Positions 52,477 through 62,250 of a DNA stretch of 64,000 bases are shown here, piece by piece. Where the stretch lies: assembly GCA_949527715.1 (NCBI GenBank), contig CATEWF010000001.1, forward strand, positions 9,883-73,882, in the 5' to 3' direction. Made by a program: the position numbers and the translations under genes. The notes under the pieces are model-generated. The model was not told the origin of the DNA. It did not search any database and saw only the letters and a program-made list of their open reading frames with translations. Within the stretch, counting starts at the first letter, position 1. Each line of letters begins with the position of its first letter. Source of the DNA: an uncultured Mycoplasmatota bacterium (GTDB lineage Bacteria; Bacillota_I; Bacilli_A; Mycoplasmatales; Mycoplasmoidaceae).

Positions 52477-52719
52477 TTATTCTACTATTTTAATATTATT
52501 TATAACTTCTTCTGGACTATCAAAAAGTACCTTTTCAGAAATTAAAGACTTTGACGGAATAAAATTTATCATTCCACTATGTGCAATAATTTCATATTTA
52601 GTTTCAATTGCATCTATATCTACAAAAATATGTATTTGCTTAATAGTTACTTGATAAATTGAATTATCAAGAATTGTATATGCTTTATCGTCAATATTAT
52701 ATTTTGTTTTAATATTCAT
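52477..52719 (-). CDS. hypothetical protein (80 aa)
   Basis: ATG ORF, - coding strand. Confidence 0.55.
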   Translation of the reverse strand: MNIKTKYNIDDKAYTILDNSIYQVTIKQIHIFVDIDAIETKYEIIAHSGMINFIPSKSLISEKVLFDSPEEVINNIKIVE

Positions 52720-52722
52720 ATT

Positions 52723-53091
52723 TTAATTAATTTTAATCGTTATTTCGCAATCTGAATTAATGTATTTGTGTCTTAATGTAATAATAAAACATACAAAATC
52801 ATCTATTATAACCGTATCATTAAAATAATATGTAGAATATTTACTGCTATAATGTTTTTTCTTTATTTCATAATCAAAATGATAGTCATATAGGTTGTCT
52901 TGAATGATTTTGTCTATTATATTTTCAATAAATACAAATGTTTGTGACATTATTGCTGTACATAATAATGAAGAAATATTATTACATATATCATAATATA
53001 CTTGATAATATAGTTCTTCATTATTTTTATATTTGTCGTTAATTATCAAACCAAAAGACTGCTCGGCATTCATATTCACCTGATAACTCAT
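52723..53091 (-). CDS. hypothetical protein (122 aa; start uncertain)
   Basis: Overlaps the upstream gene by 53 nt (35 nt if the second ATG at 53073 is used). Confidence 0.55.
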   Translation of the reverse strand: MSYQVNMNAEQSFGLIINDKYKNNEELYYQVYYDICNNISSLLCTAIMSQTFVFIENIIDKIIQDNLYDYHFDYEIKKKHYSSKYSTYYFNDTVIIDDFVCFIITLRHKYINSDCEITIKIN

Positions 53092-53695
53092 AACCTTTCA
53101 TTGTATTTAATAAAGCAACCCATTCTATATAATCACCATTCCAATTTCCATTTTCATCTTTGAAAATTTGGTTTATACATTTTTCCATTTCTTCTGTCGT
53201 ACACCATGAAGGTGAATGTGCATCTGGGTCAGAAACTAAATATTCTTCATCATTTTCACCTGTTCGTATATCAGTTAAATATACCTTAGTAGAATAACCT
53301 TTTTCAAGCCATTCATTTGCTATTTTTTGAGAAACATATCCATTATCTTCAGCCCAATCTGGCAATTCTTCATCTTTATCCCATATTTTTACTGAATAAC
53401 ATTCCTTTGTGTGATTACAGGCATCAATTGGAAATCCTCTATCTTCAAGTGGTTTTAGTTCATTTTTCCATTGATTTCGAACATTATTTAATAGTGCAAA
53501 CATACCATAGCATCTATCTCCCCACGTATTATCACTATCGAAAATATAACAATTATGCCACACTTTTGATGAACGAATACGACTGATTTCTTTTCTAATC
53601 ACATTTCCATTTTCATCTTTTTCTTCTGGAAGAATAACTACTTTTTTATCTTTTTTTAATCTTCTTTCAAGTCTTAAATGTATATCACATCCCAT
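53039..53695 (-). CDS. hypothetical protein (218 aa)
   Basis: ATG ORF starting MGCDIHLRLERR. Confidence 0.7.
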   Translation of the reverse strand: MGCDIHLRLERRLKKDKKVVILPEEKDENGNVIRKEISRIRSSKVWHNCYIFDSDNTWGDRCYGMFALLNNVRNQWKNELKPLEDRGFPIDACNHTKECYSVKIWDKDEELPDWAEDNGYVSQKIANEWLEKGYSTKVYLTDIRTGENDEEYLVSDPDAHSPSWCTTEEMEKCINQIFKDENGNWNGDYIEWVALLNTMKGYELSGEYECRAVFWFDN

Positions 53696-53696
53696 A

Positions 53697-54713
53697 TTAG
53701 CATCCTGTTTGCTCTGTTATAAAATTAATGTTTCCTTTGCCAACTACATGAACAGAATCATTTTCCCACTTTTGACCTTTTTTGTGCCAACTTGTATCAT
53801 CTTCATATATACCTTCATGATGATGGACTTCAAACCATACATCACCTGTGAAATTTTCAATAACGGTTGTTGTCCATTTTTTATCAAGATATTCTTTAAA
53901 GTCTGGGTTATATGCCAATACTTCGTCAAGAATAAATACCCCTACCATACCAGCATCAGCACAAAATTCACCGATTGCTTCATTTGTATCACTATTAAAT
54001 GTTGTACATGACCAATCACCATATATAGTACTTCTTGCAATACCGTTCAAACCAATAGCGGATAAGTTTTCTCCCCATTCACATTTATCCCAATCATTTG
54101 TTGGTACATAATTTTTGTCACATTCATCCCAATATTCTTCTTGTTTAGAATGATACTCTCGATTACTTTTTCGTACTTCATACGCTTGTTCAAGAGTTAA
54201 ATTGTTTTCATCCCATCCATTTTCTTTAACAACGTCACGTTTTTCTATTACTTTGGTTTCATCTTCATCAACTGTTGTTGGACGTTCTTTCTTAACTACA
54301 TAGCAGGGGTCAGTAATGATAATAGTCTTATTATCAATATGCATTTTTTGTTGATTTTTCATAGAATTATTAATAATATAAGTAAAAATTTGAGTTAATG
54401 TATCACATATTTGGAACAAATCACATCCATATTTAAAAACTAATTTTTTTAAGGTGATTTTTTCATTTTCTTCAGTTGTGAATACGATAATATTGCCCAA
54501 AATAGTTTCAATAAAATCTTTTCTAAACTTTGTTAGTTCAATTGACTTAATTTTCAAAGGTTTAGCATAACTCATAGATATGAAACTTATTGGTCTTTTA
54601 AAATCATGTTTAGTTAGATTTGATTGAACAAGTAAATTAAATATGTAATCTACATAATCTTCATATGCATTTTTAAAATTACGGTCTAATTTAAATATAT
54701 TTTTTTCAATCAT
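53697..54713 (-). CDS. hypothetical protein (338 aa)
   Basis: ATG ORF, - coding strand. Confidence 0.75.
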   Translation of the reverse strand: MIEKNIFKLDRNFKNAYEDYVDYIFNLLVQSNLTKHDFKRPISFISMSYAKPLKIKSIELTKFRKDFIETILGNIIVFTTEENEKITLKKLVFKYGCDLFQICDTLTQIFTYIINNSMKNQQKMHIDNKTIIITDPCYVVKKERPTTVDEDETKVIEKRDVVKENGWDENNLTLEQAYEVRKSNREYHSKQEEYWDECDKNYVPTNDWDKCEWGENLSAIGLNGIARSTIYGDWSCTTFNSDTNEAIGEFCADAGMVGVFILDEVLAYNPDFKEYLDKKWTTTVIENFTGDVWFEVHHHEGIYEDDTSWHKKGQKWENDSVHVVGKGNINFITEQTGC

Positions 54714-54715
54714 CT

Positions 54716-55030
54716 TTATTTCTTTAATAAATCTTTAATATCATAAATTCTTAAACCATATATATTAGCAGTAAATCGTTCAACTTGACAACCCTTAGAT
54801 TTCTGCCAACCTTCAACTGATACGATACCATCACATTCCATTAGTTTTTCGATTTCTCGACCCATATAATATGAATCTGGTTTGTTCTTTTCAAGATTAA
54901 TCTCAAATGGTGTGATAAAATCAATTGATGGGTATTTCTCGCTTAATTGCTTCTTATATTCTTTACATAGAACCTTTGCAGTTTCTTCTTGTCCTGTAAT
55001 AGGAATGCTTATAAAAAATTTCTTATTCAT
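54716..55030 (-). CDS. DUF4406 / nucleoside 2-deoxyribosyltransferase-like protein (104 aa)
   Basis: FISIPITGQ..(n)..ECDGIVSVEGWQKSKGCQVE fits the iaGPitg ... cDai..l.gWe.S.Ga..E pattern. Confidence 0.5.
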   Translation of the reverse strand: MNKKFFISIPITGQEETAKVLCKEYKKQLSEKYPSIDFITPFEINLEKNKPDSYYMGREIEKLMECDGIVSVEGWQKSKGCQVERFTANIYGLRIYDIKDLLKK

Positions 55031-55304
55031 CTTTATTTTCTTTTTTATTTTTTAAATGTTCTATAAATAAATTTATTTCATCTCTCATTAAAATCATTTT
55101 ATTTAAAAAATCTTCTTCGGTGTCATATTCTGCTTTATGTATATTTGCTATATGATAACAATCAGAAATTTTAAAAAATTGACTTATATATGGTTTACCG
55201 TCAATAGTTTCAATACCATCAAAAGCGATTATATTACCTGTAGATGGACTATTATTTGGATTTAACCATACTCTTTTACTATAAAAAGTATTAACAGTTT
55301 CCAT
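55023..55304 (-). CDS. hypothetical protein (93 aa)
   Basis: ATG ORF, - coding strand. Confidence 0.55.
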   Translation of the reverse strand: METVNTFYSKRVWLNPNNSPSTGNIIAFDGIETIDGKPYISQFFKISDCYHIANIHKAEYDTEEDFLNKMILMRDEINLFIEHLKNKKENKDE

Positions 55305-56052
55305 TGCTACTTAATCTATTTAATGCATATTTACATTGTTCTGATGATATTTCACTACCAATATAGTTCAATTTCATCATTTTACAAGCAACTGCCGTTG
55401 TCCCTGTTCCCATAAATGGGTCATATACAATAGAATTAGGAAGAGCGTATATATCAAGTAATTGTTTACATAAATCACTTGAGAAAGTCGCTTGATTTAA
55501 TGTACATTTTCCATCATTATTTGCTGCTTCAATATGATTATATTTTACTTCATAATATTTTTGTCCAGTTTTTTCAGAAATAGATTTGACTTGTCTATTT
55601 GTATTAAATGTATTAGTTTCATTTTTCCTTGCGAATACAAATATATTTTCAAATAAACGAGATAATCTTCTTTTATTAGCAGGAAATGGAATACCATTTT
55701 TCTTTTTCCATATAATCGTATCAACAAGACTAAAATTAGTCATTTTATCTATCTCACAGATTACTTTATATGGTAATATCGGATTTTCAATTGAATAATT
55801 TATATTAAAAATAATGACACCATCTTTTTTCAATACATTATCAATTTTATTGAAAATTGATACCATCCAATTGATATATTCTTCTTCTGTTTTCCAATCT
55901 TGATAGACATCATATCTTCCAGTATCTGCATATCCACCTTTACGTTTTGTCATATTATAAGGCGGTGATGTTAAAACAATATCAATAGAATTTTTATCGA
56001 ACCTATCTAAAGTTAATATACAATCTTCATTATAAATCTGATTTATTTCCAT
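55291..56052 (-). CDS. DNA methyltransferase, beta-class N4-cytosine or N6-adenine (253 aa)
   Basis: Motif IV DIVLTSPPYN precedes motif I VYDPFMGTGTT, which is the beta-class order. Confidence 0.85.
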   Translation of the reverse strand: MEINQIYNEDCILTLDRFDKNSIDIVLTSPPYNMTKRKGGYADTGRYDVYQDWKTEEEYINWMVSIFNKIDNVLKKDGVIIFNINYSIENPILPYKVICEIDKMTNFSLVDTIIWKKKNGIPFPANKRRLSRLFENIFVFARKNETNTFNTNRQVKSISEKTGQKYYEVKYNHIEAANNDGKCTLNQATFSSDLCKQLLDIYALPNSIVYDPFMGTGTTAVACKMMKLNYIGSEISSEQCKYALNRLSSNGNC

Positions 56053-56062
56053 TTATATAATT

Positions 56063-56939
56063 CTATTTTTTATAATTTGTTATGAATACCTCATCAGTTG
56101 TAGTTTCCTTATTTTTACCGTGATAACTGCAATTTGAATAACTATTATTTAAATGGTAAACAACATAGTTATTGTTTTCTATCCATTCATTTAATATTGT
56201 GTTTTGTTTACCTTTATTTTCAAGAACGTTAGACAAACCAAAATATACACCTTTTTCGTCTAATGTGTCAAGTAATTTTAATAAATCTCTTTCATCATTC
56301 TCATTCCACCCATCTTTTTCATTATAAGATGCACAAGTAATTAAATATGGCGGGTCACAATACACATAATCACCTTTTTTCAGATTATGTACTTTTAATT
56401 TTCTAAAATCAATTGAATTAAAATTCACTTCTTTTATAGCATTATGGAATTTTAACAAGTTATTTTCAATTGTTTTGTTATAACAACTACGTTCTTTACC
56501 AAACGGCATATTAAATTCACCTTTTGAATTAAAACGTATTTGATGGTTAAAAGAAAAACAAATCAATATGAACAAATCCAATGGATTTCTTATTTCACTT
56601 TCATTAAAATGTTTTCTAAATAAGTTATAACCCTCAGTATTGCTAATGGTTAAATCATATTCTTTAATCTTTTCATTAATATATTTAATAATATCATCGA
56701 CAGTAGAACTTTGAAAAGACTTATAAATATTTACAACATTGCTATTAATATCATTAGCATATAATTTATAGCCATTAATGTTTGCAATTACATTTGCTCC
56801 ACCAGTAAATAAATCTATAAATGCTTGATTACCAATCATTTCGTCCGATGGGGGGGGGTAACAATGGAATTATTTGTGGTAATAGTTTATGTTTACCACC
56901 TGTATAATTTAATGGAGATTTAATAAAATTATTTTTCAT
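56063..56939 (-). pseudogene. dam: Dam-like (D12-class) N6-adenine DNA methyltransferase interrupted by a frameshift in a C9 tract
   Basis: ATG 56939 encodes MKNNFIKSPLNYTGGKHKLLPQIIPLLPPP, then stops at 56831-56829. The body (56839 downward) encodes IDLFTGGANV..VYCDPPYL. Removing one C from the C9 run (56850-56858) joins both parts in frame. Confidence 0.8.
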
Positions 56940-56954
56940 ACTTTTTTATTATAT

Positions 56955-57134
56955 TTATGCCATACTATCTTTTTCATTTTCAACTTTAATTACTATAGGT
57001 ATATTTCTTCCTCGAACACCAAAACTACACCTATAATATTCACCTTCATAATTAAAAACGCATCCACTCATTATGCCTGCATAATTTCCATCACCTAAAC
57101 TTGTAATGTGAGGTAATTTTTCAAAATCAATCAT
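56955..57134 (-). CDS. possible small protein (59 aa)
   Basis: Hand-translated MIDFEKLPHITSLGDGNYAGIMSGCVFNYEGEYYRCSFGVRGRNIPIVIKVENEKDSMA; just below the track cutoff. Confidence 0.45.
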   Translation of the reverse strand: MIDFEKLPHITSLGDGNYAGIMSGCVFNYEGEYYRCSFGVRGRNIPIVIKVENEKDSMA

Positions 57135-57146
57135 ATTTTTTTCTTT

Positions 57147-57746
57147 TTAATTATTTTTATTTATTATTTCCCATTCTGGTATTATATCATTATAAAATAA
57201 TTTACCACATGGTTCAGATACTTTGAACGGCTTAGAAAATGCTTTTTTCATTCTTCGGCATATATTACAACAATAAATTAAAGAATCTTTTTTTGAATAG
57301 CGATTATAATCATAGTAAATATCCTTTACTGTTTTATCATATTTACAAAATTCTTTTTCAATAAAATAGTCTTTATTTTCTTTATTATCATCATTGTAAC
57401 ATATATAATATATTTTACTATCAATATAATATTTTTCTATATTATCATAATCCAATTCAGAACCAAGTGCTATTGTAGAACTAAAATATTTTCTTTTATC
57501 TTCTTCATATTCTTTTTTTATTTTGTCCATTCTTTGTAATAAATCATCGGTAAATTTATCACATTTAATTGGTATATGTGTTAAAATATCATCTTTTGGA
57601 ACATTATTTAATAATGCCTTATTGATTATTTCTTTACATCTTGGACAATAATTTTCATCATTTGTTTCTCTAAAACATCCATTACCACTTGCTTGATAAT
57701 GGTATACTTTATCACAATATTTACAACGTTTTAAATGAATATCCAT
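57147..57746 (-). CDS. zinc-ribbon-containing hypothetical protein (199 aa)
   Basis: CKYCDK..(n)..CPRCKE near the N-terminus, plus further Cys pairs. Confidence 0.65.
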   Translation of the reverse strand: MDIHLKRCKYCDKVYHYQASGNGCFRETNDENYCPRCKEIINKALLNNVPKDDILTHIPIKCDKFTDDLLQRMDKIKKEYEEDKRKYFSSTIALGSELDYDNIEKYYIDSKIYYICYNDDNKENKDYFIEKEFCKYDKTVKDIYYDYNRYSKKDSLIYCCNICRRMKKAFSKPFKVSEPCGKLFYNDIIPEWEIINKNN

Positions 57747-57752
57747 ATCTAT

Positions 57753-58334
57753 TTATCTATATTTTCCACCATTTTTTATATACTCTTTAGTATGTTCAAC
57801 AAACATATCAAATTCATTTTCTCTATTAATGTAAACACGATTAGGAAATTCTTTACCTGTTCTAAAAGATGTTCTTCTTAATCTATCAGAAATTAAATAA
57901 GAAATAGATTTATCTGGTCTAAATTTATCATCCTTATAAGTAATATATGAAATTATATCCGAATAAACCATTAAATCGTTAAATGCTTTATGTCTTTCTT
58001 CTATATTTAGAGTTTCATCACAAATTGTCGTAAAATTATTTTTACATTTTAAATAAAAATTATCTAAATTTTCATTACCATCTATTTTTAGTTGATATTC
58101 TTTAAGAATATATAATAATTCCTTAATAATGGCTATTAAATTTTCCTGTGTATGTTGACGAAATTCTATACAAGGAGGTTCTCCAATATTTTGGTTAATA
58201 TTTAATCTATTACCAAGACATTCTTGTTCTTTTTTTAACAATGGTATTAAGATATTATTTTCATAGTGTTTTGCCATATTTTCATTATCAAAACACATTC
58301 CATCAAATGTTTTATAATAGATAAGTTTTTCCAT
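57753..58334 (-). CDS. hypothetical protein (193 aa)
   Basis: ATG ORF, - coding strand. Confidence 0.7.
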   Translation of the reverse strand: MEKLIYYKTFDGMCFDNENMAKHYENNILIPLLKKEQECLGNRLNINQNIGEPPCIEFRQHTQENLIAIIKELLYILKEYQLKIDGNENLDNFYLKCKNNFTTICDETLNIEERHKAFNDLMVYSDIISYITYKDDKFRPDKSISYLISDRLRRTSFRTGKEFPNRVYINRENEFDMFVEHTKEYIKNGGKYR

Positions 58335-58347
58335 TATCCTTATATTT

Positions 58348-58671
58348 TTATAATTGAAAGGTTAAATACATATGCATCCGATTTGCGAAATGATAATGAT
58401 GTTTTTTCAAAATTTCTTCAAAAATATTTTTAGATTCATTGTTCAATGCCCAAAAATTATAAGAATAGTTTCGATACTTAACATCATTAATCGTCAAACC
58501 AGAATTTTTAACATATACAGTACATACATCAGAATCAGAAATATATATAATAAATTCAACAGTTTCTTGATTGATATTAGGAATTGTTTCTATAATATCA
58601 TTACATAAAGCATCTATCGTATGTTGCCAAATTAGCCAACTATATTCAGTTTCTTTAATAGTAATCTTCAT
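58348..58671 (-). CDS. hypothetical protein (107 aa)
   Basis: ATG ORF, - coding strand. Confidence 0.6.
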   Translation of the reverse strand: MKITIKETEYSWLIWQHTIDALCNDIIETIPNINQETVEFIIYISDSDVCTVYVKNSGLTINDVKYRNYSYNFWALNNESKNIFEEILKKHHYHFANRMHMYLTFQL

Positions 58672-58687
58672 TTTATTTTAATTAATT

Positions 58688-59314
58688 TTATCCACCAATC
58701 AAAACAATATTATAGTGCTTCCAATCCATCATATGATATATATGGCATAAATTAACGATACCTAATGAAAAACTCCAAGATTTCGTTGCACACCACTTAT
58801 TTTTAAAAACTTTATCTATATAGTCCGCATCAATTTTTAACATATCAAGGCTCATTAAATCATTTCTGAAATTTTCAACCAAGACATCAATGACCGTTCT
58901 TGTTTCACTATACCGCTCATTATATCGTATGATAACTTCATCATCAAGATGTTCTTTTAAATCTTTCCTTCTATATTCTGGGAGAGATAATTTTTCTTTT
59001 CTTTCAATATCATTTTGACAAAATTTTTTAATAATATTTTCAAATTGTTGTTTATCAACAACTCTAAAAAGCATATCCGTTCCAAGAATATTCTCAGATG
59101 CAAGTTTAGTACAATAATTTTTGTTATCAGATAATTCAAGAAACCAATCTGTAAAACAATCATAAACAATTTCTTCTTTACTACAAGTACTATATATTTT
59201 ATCAAATGTTTCGGAAACGGCTTCTTTTAAATTTGTATCTGTATCTCTTGCCAACTTCTTTAATTCTCTTATGTCTTTCTTTTTGACGTTGTATAAACTA
59301 ATTCTGAATCCCAT
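58688..59314 (-). CDS. hypothetical protein (208 aa)
   Basis: ATG ORF, - coding strand. Confidence 0.7.
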   Translation of the reverse strand: MGFRISLYNVKKKDIRELKKLARDTDTNLKEAVSETFDKIYSTCSKEEIVYDCFTDWFLELSDNKNYCTKLASENILGTDMLFRVVDKQQFENIIKKFCQNDIERKEKLSLPEYRRKDLKEHLDDEVIIRYNERYSETRTVIDVLVENFRNDLMSLDMLKIDADYIDKVFKNKWCATKSWSFSLGIVNLCHIYHMMDWKHYNIVLIGG

Positions 59315-59326
59315 AATAACAGTTGT

Positions 59327-59977
59327 TTAATTAGCATTTTTAAGTTTAGTTTGAAGTAATTTAAAAAGAGCACTACACTTATTTTCAAATTCATCAAGTT
59401 CTATATATTTAGCGGTTTCGTTTAACCATTCACTTTCAGTTTTCTTTTGAATATTTATAAATGTATGTTCAACAGTAAGATTACGTACTAATTCTTTACT
59501 ATGTGTTATAATCAGAACACCTTTATTATCTTTTAATATTGTTGGAAGTTTATCACTTAAAAATTTTCCAACTGATAATTGAAGGTCTTGAGACATACCT
59601 ATTTCTGGTTCATCAAGGACAACAAAACGGTCTGTAATTCCATTCAGAATACTTTTAAGAAAACCTAAACTATTTGATGAAGTTGCACACCAACTAGTAT
59701 CACGTAAAAATACACCGCCACCACCTAATTCAGAATGTAAACCTGTACGTCTTTCCATTGAAATATCAGATACTTTAATTGTATTATCATTTTCTCTTTC
59801 TCTTAATGTTGTACATAATACTTTTCTTATTAAAGATTTACCAGACCCATTATCACCTGTAAGAACTTGTATTTGTCCTACTTTGATTTGGTTAAGTGCA
59901 TCTAAAATATTTTGGAATGTTTGTTCTGCCCATTCTGTATAAACATTTTTGGTGGTATTATCTTTATTATCTGTCAT
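59327..59977 (-). CDS. small ABC/AAA-like P-loop ATPase (216 aa)
   Basis: Walker A LTGDNGSGKS, Walker B VVLDEPEIGM, followed by LIITHS. Confidence 0.7.
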   Translation of the reverse strand: MTDNKDNTTKNVYTEWAEQTFQNILDALNQIKVGQIQVLTGDNGSGKSLIRKVLCTTLRERENDNTIKVSDISMERRTGLHSELGGGGVFLRDTSWCATSSNSLGFLKSILNGITDRFVVLDEPEIGMSQDLQLSVGKFLSDKLPTILKDNKGVLIITHSKELVRNLTVEHTFINIQKKTESEWLNETAKYIELDEFENKCSALFKLLQTKLKNAN

Positions 59978-60012
59978 TTATGTTTTTTTTTATTTTACTT
60001 CATTTTATAATG

Positions 60013-60044
60013 CAAATATACAAAATAATATTGAACTAACCAAA
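60013..60044 (-). promoter_or_regulatory. Bacteroidota-type promoter
   Basis: On the - strand: TTTG (60044-60041), TAtaTTTG (60020-60013), 20-nt spacer, GCA downstream. Confidence 0.65.
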
Positions 60045-60050
60045 TAAATA

Positions 60051-60094
60051 AAAAGAAAAATCACCATATTAAACATTTTTAACATAGTGATTTT
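60051..60094 (-). terminator. possible imperfect terminator hairpin
   Basis: AATCAC (60059-60064) pairs with GTGATT (60087-60092), with extra interrupted pairs; a T-rich tail follows on the - strand. Confidence 0.35.
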
Positions 60095-60111
60095 CTATAA
60101 AGTTATCTTAT

Positions 60112-60396
60112 TTAGTCTCCTTCATAAAAATGATATTCTTTTCCATTTACAATAATTGAATGTTCTTTCTTATCATCTTCGTCTAAATATTCCCAAAGGT
60201 CTTCCTCGTCATCAAAATCTGGACCGTCAGTAATTAATAAACCACTCCATCCATCTCTTCCACCTAAATAATGCTCAAACTTATGCATCCATCCAGCATC
60301 ATCGAAATATCTAATATATTTAAGTCTTTCTTCTTCTACATCTAAGGCTTTAAGCACTTCAAGTGCTTCTTCTCGTCTATCATTCTCCAACCACAT
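60112..60396 (-). CDS. acidic hypothetical protein (94 aa)
   Basis: D/E-rich, for example DFDDEEDLWEYLDEDDKKE. Confidence 0.6.
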   Translation of the reverse strand: MWLENDRREEALEVLKALDVEEERLKYIRYFDDAGWMHKFEHYLGGRDGWSGLLITDGPDFDDEEDLWEYLDEDDKKEHSIIVNGKEYHFYEGD

Positions 60397-60709
60397 ATTC
60401 AGTTCTTTTTATTTCATTATCACAATCTAAAATATCTTCTCCTATATTCCATTCAGAATAAATTTTACCATTAATATGTTTTATATTTTCATATGGAAAA
60501 CTTTCAAAATTAACCGTATATACTTCATATAATGCATCATAGAATTTTTTTGTAATACTAATAATTCTATCATATAACCAATCTAAAGTAATACCTTTAA
60601 CAATATAGACATTAGTTTTTTTATAACTAAAATTAAAATCTTTTGAAGATTTCTTTATACCATGTAGTATATTTTTCTCTTTGTCGATTGTAAAACAAGT
60701 ACCATACAA
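60380..60709 (-). CDS. hypothetical protein; no ATG, frame open upstream to 60865
   Basis: The track start is a TTG; the same frame is open for 52 more codons upstream and overlaps the end of 60844..61227 across an A8 run. Confidence 0.55.
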   Translation of the reverse strand: MYGTCFTIDKEKNILHGIKKSSKDFNFSYKKTNVYIVKGITLDWLYDRIISITKKFYDALYEVYTVNFESFPYENIKHINGKIYSEWNIGEDILDCDNEIKRTEYVVGE

Positions 60710-60843
60710 ATTAACTGAATATGTTTTATTCGTTTCTGTTAACCATTGATAAAAATCTTCTTCCTGTGGTATAGCATTTTCATTTTTATTATATTCAGTA
60801 TCGTGAAGTTCAAGAAATATAAGTTTATCTTCTGTTACACTTA

Positions 60844-61227
60844 CTAAAATATCGTTTTTTTTAATTCAACATTTAAATGTGTATCATCAACATAATAAAG
60901 CGGTGTTATTTCCTTAACACGTAGAGATGAAGCATAAAGTTTATAAAGTTTAGATACATTATTTTTATAATCATAATATGCCAATCTCAATTTTTTAGCA
61001 TCATATGGGTTAAGAAAATCTTTAAATATCCATTCTTCATTTTTAGTATCACGGTATTTCATATGAGATAATGGACCGTGATATGAATGTACTGGCATTA
61101 TATTATAATATTCAGCTTTTACATCACCCTCACCTGGATAATCATAATAAATATTAAATACTAATTTTAAATTTTCTTTTTTCAATCTAACATCACCAAG
61201 ACAAATCTCATTTGCATTTTTTTCCAT
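60844..61227 (-). CDS. hypothetical protein (127 aa), possible upstream part of a frameshifted or fused gene
   Basis: ATG ORF ending ..GAA TTA AAA AAA ACG ATA TTT TAG. Confidence 0.6.
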   Translation of the reverse strand: MEKNANEICLGDVRLKKENLKLVFNIYYDYPGEGDVKAEYYNIMPVHSYHGPLSHMKYRDTKNEEWIFKDFLNPYDAKKLRLAYYDYKNNVSKLYKLYASSLRVKEITPLYYVDDTHLNVELKKTIF

Positions 61228-61228
61228 A

Positions 61229-62248
61229 TTAATTTAATAATTTTTTATATTCATTAAAAATATTAAAATATTCGTTTCTATTAGAATAATTTTTCCAACG
61301 ATATTTTGATTCTCTTTGTAACTTGTCTAAACTATAACCTAATATTTTATAAAATTGTTTTTCCGCATACAATGTACTTGAATTTATTCTTGTACGAAGT
61401 TTTTTTACACAATCGTTATATGTGAACTTTTTATTTTTATAAAATGGATTATCTTGATAAATTTTACTTATATTTTTACCAACTGTGTCAATAAATTTTT
61501 TATTCTTATAAAAATCAGGATTATTATATATAATTGATAAATCTTTTAAATGTTTAAGTATGTCATAACCAGGTATAACATTTAAATATTCTTTGTAATT
61601 CTTAAAATTAATTTCTTTATGCTTTTCGAGATATGGTATCATTTCATTTAAATGAGAATTAATTTCATTAATATCTGTAAAATATAAAGTATTTTTAATC
61701 ACTTGAAGAATTTCTTGTTCATTTTCTCTTTTATTATATAAATCACGATAATTCTGTTCTTTGTAATTTATTTGGTCGGAAATTTCTTCATTTTTTAATA
61801 CTTGGTATTGACGATATATATGTTGCATTTCATGCCATAAGCATTCTTTTAAAAAATCCTCATTTATATTTGGGTATTCTTTAGTTGTTTCATAATACGT
61901 TATAAAAACATTATTAAGTTTATTATTATCATAATAACAATTTCCTAATTTTGAAACGGCATCAGAAATACTATTTTCATCCCATATAATGTTTAATGTA
62001 GGTTTATTCAAAAAAGTATTATCAATTATAATATTTTTAGATATTATTGCATCACAATTATTTTCTTTATATGGTATGGCATATTCTAAAGAAATTGTCA
62101 TTGTGTCTATAATTGTTTTAAAAGCATCATAGTTTGTACCACGTGCTTCAAAAAGTTCAGAAATGAATAATGACTTACCATTATTGTCTAATAAATTTTG
62201 TAAGTCATTTTCATATTCTTCAAAAATTTTATTAAAAACGTCAATCAT
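61229..62248 (-). CDS. hypothetical protein with HExxH motif (339 aa)
   Basis: ECLWHEMQHIY is a possible metallopeptidase motif; nothing else recognised. Confidence 0.65.
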   Translation of the reverse strand: MIDVFNKIFEEYENDLQNLLDNNGKSLFISELFEARGTNYDAFKTIIDTMTISLEYAIPYKENNCDAIISKNIIIDNTFLNKPTLNIIWDENSISDAVSKLGNCYYDNNKLNNVFITYYETTKEYPNINEDFLKECLWHEMQHIYRQYQVLKNEEISDQINYKEQNYRDLYNKRENEQEILQVIKNTLYFTDINEINSHLNEMIPYLEKHKEINFKNYKEYLNVIPGYDILKHLKDLSIIYNNPDFYKNKKFIDTVGKNISKIYQDNPFYKNKKFTYNDCVKKLRTRINSSTLYAEKQFYKILGYSLDKLQRESKYRWKNYSNRNEYFNIFNEYKKLLN

Positions 62249-62250
62249 TT

